Assembly: GCA_041688155.1 (NCBI GenBank)
Contig: JBDNIW010000001.1
Span: forward strand, 7,319-71,318
DNA: 64,000 nucleotides
Direction of reading: 5' to 3'
From: Minisyncoccota bacterium
Lineage (GTDB): Bacteria > Patescibacteriota > Minisyncoccia > Phycocordibacterales > UBA918
Shown: positions 59,523 through 64,000 of the stretch, one piece after another
Numbering within the stretch: the stretch's first letter is position 1
Layout of the letters: every line of letters begins with the position of its first letter
The notes under the pieces: model-generated
Databases searched by the model: none
The model's input: the letters and a program-made list of their open reading frames with translations, nothing else
What the model was told of the DNA's origin: nothing
Made by a program: the position numbers and the translations under genes

Positions 59523-59784
59523 GGAATGCCGTTAGTTTTTGATTATGGTCAGTTTTAAAGAGTGCTAGAATATAGCTAACACCGACGAAGACTGATTTCT
59601 TGTCGTGTGTCGGAGGTAGACACACTATTCCTATTTTATAGGTCGCGAATACTAGATTCGTGTGTTTCGTAGTTCTCATCACACTTAGAAACTAGCTATC
59701 TGCTTGCATGTTCTGCAAGCGATTTTCTTCCACCGTTAGTGTCTGCATCTGATGAGGTTAATAATCATCACTTTATTTGATCAC

Positions 59785-61098
59785 ATGAAAATCCAACACA
59801 TTCGCAAGCGAGACGGTCACACCCAGCCGTTTGATATCGAAAAAATCGTCGACGCGATTGCCCGCGCGCTCGTCGAGACTGGTGAAGGAGACCGCAAAGA
59901 CGCGACCGAAGTAGCCGAGCTGGCGCACCAAAAAGTCGTCGCCATGTGCGTGCGAGCGGGTACCGCCGAAGAGGGTAGTGCCATCGCCAACAAATGTATC
60001 GACGGGAATCCAGCGGTGGAAGAAATCCAGGACCTGGTCGAGCAAGCCTTGATGGAGAAGGATTATTTTGTGACTGCCAAGGCGTACATTATTTTCCGTA
60101 ATGCCCGAAAAAAATTGCGTGAGCGAGATATCTTTGCCCACCGGATGCACCTTAAGCCGTATGAATACCCGGAACTATATGAGTACGTCGACGCTGTACG
60201 TCACTCATACTGGGTACACAGTGAATTCAACTTCACTGGTGATGTGCAGGATTTTCATGTCAACGTCAATGATGTCGAGCGCAACGCCATCAAGAACACC
60301 ATGTTGGCGATTGGTCAGATAGAAGTGGCGGTAAAAAACTTTTGGGGTGATATCGGCAAGAAAATGCCCAAGGCTGAAATCAGTGCGGTCGGGGCCACGT
60401 TTGCTGAGTCGGAGGTACGTCACACTGATGCCTACGCTCACTTGCTAGAGATCCTTGGTCTCAATGGTGAGTTTGTCAAAATCAAAAACAACCCGGTAAT
60501 CCTAGAGCGAATGGAGTACCTCGATAAGGTAGGAGCCCTCGCTCAGACCAAGAGCAACAAAGAGTACGCCCAGGCAGTCATGCTGTTCTCATTGTTCGTT
60601 GAGCACGTGTCACTATTCTCACAGTTCTTGATCATGATGAGCTTTAATAAGCACAAGAACGTGTTTAAGGGGATCAGTAACGCGGTAGAGGCGACGAGTA
60701 AGGAAGAGAACCTGCACGGGATGTTTGGGATTGATGTGATCAACATCATCCGAGACGAGCACCCTGAGTGGTTTGGAGCTGAGACGGAAGCAATGATCAC
60801 CAAAGCGTGTATCGAAGCGTTTGAATCAGAGAGTAAAGTTATCGACTGGATCTTTGAAGCGGGTGAACTAGATTTTCTGCCCGCAGCGAACGTCAAAGAG
60901 TTCGTCAAGCACCGGTTCAACAACTCACTAGCAGCCATCGGTATGCCCCGAGTGTTCGAAGTTAGTGACGCTCTCTTAGAAGAAACAGACTGGTTTGATA
61001 ACGAAGTGATTGCAACTAAGCACGTTGACTTCTTTGATAAAAGATCAGTCAACTATAGTAAGCGAACCGCAAGTGTTACAAGTGACGATTTGTTCTAA
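59785..61098 (+). CDS. nrdB: Ribonucleotide reductase beta subunit with N-terminal ATP-cone
   Basis: IRKRDG..FD..KI and VEEIQDLVE (ATP-cone); QIEVAVK, ESEVRH, VEHVSL, EENLH ferritin-like ligands. Confidence 0.93.
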   Translation: MKIQHIRKRDGHTQPFDIEKIVDAIARALVETGEGDRKDATEVAELAHQKVVAMCVRAGTAEEGSAIANKCIDGNPAVEEIQDLVEQALMEKDYFVTAKAYIIFRNARKKLRERDIFAHRMHLKPYEYPELYEYVDAVRHSYWVHSEFNFTGDVQDFHVNVNDVERNAIKNTMLAIGQIEVAVKNFWGDIGKKMPKAEISAVGATFAESEVRHTDAYAHLLEILGLNGEFVKIKNNPVILERMEYLDKVGALAQTKSNKEYAQAVMLFSLFVEHVSLFSQFLIMMSFNKHKNVFKGISNAVEATSKEENLHGMFGIDVINIIRDEHPEWFGAETEAMITKACIEAFESESKVIDWIFEAGELDFLPAANVKEFVKHRFNNSLAAIGMPRVFEVSDALLEETDWFDNEVIATKHVDFFDKRSVNYSKRTASVTSDDLF

Positions 61099-61169
61099 CA
61101 TAGGCGTATAGAAACCAAGGTACATAAAATCAGTCGCGATTAGAAAGGTAACCGTAAGAAAGAAACACT

Positions 61170-62861
61170 ATGAAAAAAGAACCATGGCACTGGGTCAACG
61201 ATAATACACGAGCGTTTATGGCACGTGGGTATCTCGTAGACGGACAAACAACTGAAGAACGGGTACGAGTAATTGCTGAATTCGCTGAAAAAACGCTTGG
61301 CAAAGAGGGGTTCGCTGACAAGTTTGAAGAGTACATGAGTAAAGGCTGGATCAGCCTGGCAACGCCAGTGTGGGCAAACTTTGGTCTTGAACGAGGATTG
61401 CCGATTAGTTGTTTTGGTTCGTACGTGGCTGACGACATGGCTAATATTCTACATACTCAAGGTGAGGTGGGGATGATGAGTAAGTATGGTGGGGGATGCT
61501 CCGCCTACTTTGGTGATCTGCGCGGGCGAGGAAAAGAGATCCTCAACAACGGCTATTCGTCTGGGCCAGTTCACTTTATGCAGCTGTTCGAAAAGATTCT
61601 TGATGTAGTAAGTCAGGGGGCAACCAGACGGGGAGTGTTTGCCGCCTACCTACCAGTCGAGCACTCAGATATCCATGAGTTTCTTGATATTGGAACTGAA
61701 GGAAATCCAATTCAAAAAATCAATCACGCTGTGACAGTAACCGACGCCTGGATGGAATCAATGATTGCTGGTGACGAAGATAAGCGAAAGATTTGGGCCA
61801 AGATCATCCAACGACGAGGTGAAATCGGGTACCCGTACATTATGTTTATTGATAATGCGAACAACGGCCGACCAGACGTCTACAAGGATAAAGATCTACC
61901 AATCTACGCCAGTAACGTGTGTAGTGAAATAATGCTCCCAAGTAGTAAAGACTGGTCATTTGTTTGTTGTCTATCGTCAATCAACTTGCTGCACTACGAT
62001 GAATGGAAGGATACTGATCTCGTAGAAACGATGACCTACTTCCTAGAGGCCGTGATGACTGATTTCTGTAACAAACTAGAAGCCTGGCGCGACTCAGAGG
62101 ATGAAGATAAGCGACTGGCGTTTAAATTTATGGAACGGCCATACAATTTTGCCAAAGCCAACCGGGCGCTCGGACTGGGGGTACTGGGATACCACTCACT
62201 CCTGCAGAGCAAAGGGTTGGCCTTTGATAGTGACCAAGCGTCAGTAATCAACAAAGAAGTATTCGCCCTGATGCAGGAACGATCATTAGCTGCGAGTATC
62301 GCTATGGCGACTGAGTACGGGGAACCATCAATCCTCAAAGGATACGGCCGACGACACGCAACCACAATGGCGATTGCACCGACGACATCGTCAGCGTTTA
62401 TCCTCGGACAAGTGTCACAGGGGATTGAGCCTATCTGGAGTAACTGTTACATCAAAGACGTTGCCAAGATGAAGGTGGTCATCAAAAATCCATCGCTCAA
62501 AATTCTCCTAGAAGAAAAAGGAAAAGATACCAAAGAGGTCTGGGATAGTATCCGTGATGCCGATGGATCAGTGCAGCAACTCGACTGTCTGACAGACGTT
62601 GAGAAAGCCGTGTACCGAACGTTCCCAGAAATCGACCAGTCAGCTGTGATTGGCTGCGCCGCCGACCGACAAAAATTCCTTGATCAGGGGCAGTCACTCA
62701 ATGTAATGGTGGCACCAGACACACCAGTCAAAGACATCAACCAGCTCTACATCAAAGCCTGGAAAGAGGGATGTAAGGCGCTCTACTACCAACACAGTAT
62801 GAACGCAGCCCAGCAGATGGTGCGCAAGAAACTGGCTGAGAAAGAGGCGAAAGGGAAGTAA
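61170..62861 (+). CDS. nrdA: Ribonucleotide reductase alpha subunit (no ATP-cone)
   Basis: PISCF, SQGATRRG, SNVCSEI, AIAPTTSS, KALYY. Confidence 0.94.
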   Translation: MKKEPWHWVNDNTRAFMARGYLVDGQTTEERVRVIAEFAEKTLGKEGFADKFEEYMSKGWISLATPVWANFGLERGLPISCFGSYVADDMANILHTQGEVGMMSKYGGGCSAYFGDLRGRGKEILNNGYSSGPVHFMQLFEKILDVVSQGATRRGVFAAYLPVEHSDIHEFLDIGTEGNPIQKINHAVTVTDAWMESMIAGDEDKRKIWAKIIQRRGEIGYPYIMFIDNANNGRPDVYKDKDLPIYASNVCSEIMLPSSKDWSFVCCLSSINLLHYDEWKDTDLVETMTYFLEAVMTDFCNKLEAWRDSEDEDKRLAFKFMERPYNFAKANRALGLGVLGYHSLLQSKGLAFDSDQASVINKEVFALMQERSLAASIAMATEYGEPSILKGYGRRHATTMAIAPTTSSAFILGQVSQGIEPIWSNCYIKDVAKMKVVIKNPSLKILLEEKGKDTKEVWDSIRDADGSVQQLDCLTDVEKAVYRTFPEIDQSAVIGCAADRQKFLDQGQSLNVMVAPDTPVKDINQLYIKAWKEGCKALYYQHSMNAAQQMVRKKLAEKEAKGK

Positions 62862-62896
62862 AACAAACGGCGGCCGATAGGCCGCCGTTTGTTTTA
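62861..62896 (+). terminator. Intrinsic terminator of nrdBA
   Basis: AAACAAACGGCGGCC-gata-GGCCGCCGTTTGTTTT. Confidence 0.8.
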
Positions 62897-63112
62897 CCCA
62901 CCCCTGTTGAAATCTTTTAAACTCGCGGAGCGAGTGAGGTATAGTAATTGGAGTAAGAGCTTCGGCTCCTGCGAACATGTTTCTATATTGAGTTCAGAGC
63001 CTAGCCTTGACTCAAGATGGTGGCGCCTACCAGGGACTACGTATCGCGACTACGCAGTCCCCGCTAGGCGCCGTTGTCATTGGTGGTGAAATATGGTTTG
63101 CTATCTCTATCT

Positions 63113-64000
63113 ATGCGTTTTTCATTTATACTCGCACTCACCGTGGTCTTGTCGCTGGCAGGGGTGCAGTGGTATCAAACCACGCAGTACATCTGCCCAG
63201 TTCCAATCAGCTACCGCTTGGGGGTGATTGATGAGTCGTTTGTCATTTCTGAATCCAAAGCCAAGCAATACATCGAAGAAGCGGCAACCGTTTGGGAAGG
63301 CATCGCTGATCAAGATTTATTTATATACAACGAACAAGCTGACTTCACCATCAATTTTGTGTTCGACGAACGACAAGCCAATGCCGACGCGCAGATAACT
63401 GACCGTGACCGACTCGATGGAATCGCGACTCAAAACGAAGCCTTCCGGACGCAGATTGCTGGTGTCCAATCCACTTATGAAGCCAGGCAGGCTACGTTTA
63501 ACGCTAACCGCGAGTCGTACGACGGCCGTCTGCAGGCATACAACAATCAAGTCCGCCAAGCTAATGATCGTGGCGGAGCGACCCCGGTGGTGTTTGCTGA
63601 GTTGGAATCAGAGCGCGTGACGCTGGCTGCGGAGTCAGAGGACCTGCGAATCGAGGCTGACGCACTTAATGACCTCGCCCAGCAGTTAAATGAGTTGAGT
63701 GTGGAAGGGAACCGTTTGATCGAAACGTACAATGAGGAGGTCCGTACCTACAACCTGATATACGGTGAAGCGCACGAATTTACCCAGGGTGACTACCGTG
63801 GTGGTGAAATCAATATCTATAAATTCTCTAATGAGTTTGAACTGGTTACGGTGCTCGCACACGAGTTTGGGCATGCTCTAGGCATTGACCACATTGAGGA
63901 ACCGGGGTCGCTGATGTATTATTTACTTGACGACGAACTTGATCAGATTCCGACCCTGTCTGCCGGCGATATCGCTGCCTACCAGCTGGTCTGTACCGAC
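63113..64000 (+). CDS. Matrixin-family zinc metalloprotease (runs off window end)
   Basis: Manual translation from MRFSFILAL: signal/TM, coiled-coil insert, HEFGHALGIDH and SLMY Met-turn. Confidence 0.88.
   Translation, partial: MRFSFILALTVVLSLAGVQWYQTTQYICPVPISYRLGVIDESFVISESKAKQYIEEAATVWEGIADQDLFIYNEQADFTINFVFDERQANADAQITDRDRLDGIATQNEAFRTQIAGVQSTYEARQATFNANRESYDGRLQAYNNQVRQANDRGGATPVVFAELESERVTLAAESEDLRIEADALNDLAQQLNELSVEGNRLIETYNEEVRTYNLIYGEAHEFTQGDYRGGEINIYKFSNEFELVTVLAHEFGHALGIDHIEEPGSLMYYLLDDELDQIPTLSAGDIAAYQLVCTD

Noticed and set aside
1-64000. Alternative genetic code (UGA read as Gly)
   Set aside because: Core genes are full length under code 11 and several end in TGA

Overview
Chromosomal window from a small-genome bacterium using genetic code 11. 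By inference it is Patescibacteria/CPR, Parcubacteria-like: compact housekeeping genes, pilM/N/O and a PilB/GspE ATPase, short YebC and HolA, many genes with a -10 box directly before the ATG, and tRNA-Arg(GCG). Bases 1-29 kb are mostly core genes (PBP1A, tyrS, ruvABC, tsaE, polA, holA, murE, rpsT, uppS, rplS) and six tRNAs. Bases 29-59 kb are accessory (two divergent photolyases, toxin-antitoxin pairs, RecQ, GH3, a MacAB-like exporter, a DUF285 surface protein, an ECF sigma pair, tRNA-His). The end holds mscL, an ATP-cone-NrdB/NrdA ribonucleotide reductase and a partial matrixin. The most striking unexplained structure is a family of 165-220 nt non-coding units trailing five different tRNA genes (Lys, Ser, Arg-GCG, Arg-UCU, Val). 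Each unit carries an inverted and a direct copy of the 3' end of its own host tRNA around a structured cargo, and cargo modules are shared between loci. A promoter- and terminator-bounded rod-shaped RNA (6S-like) at about 4.35-4.58 kb and other structured intergenic candidates are also present. All calls come from reading motifs by eye; no searches were run.
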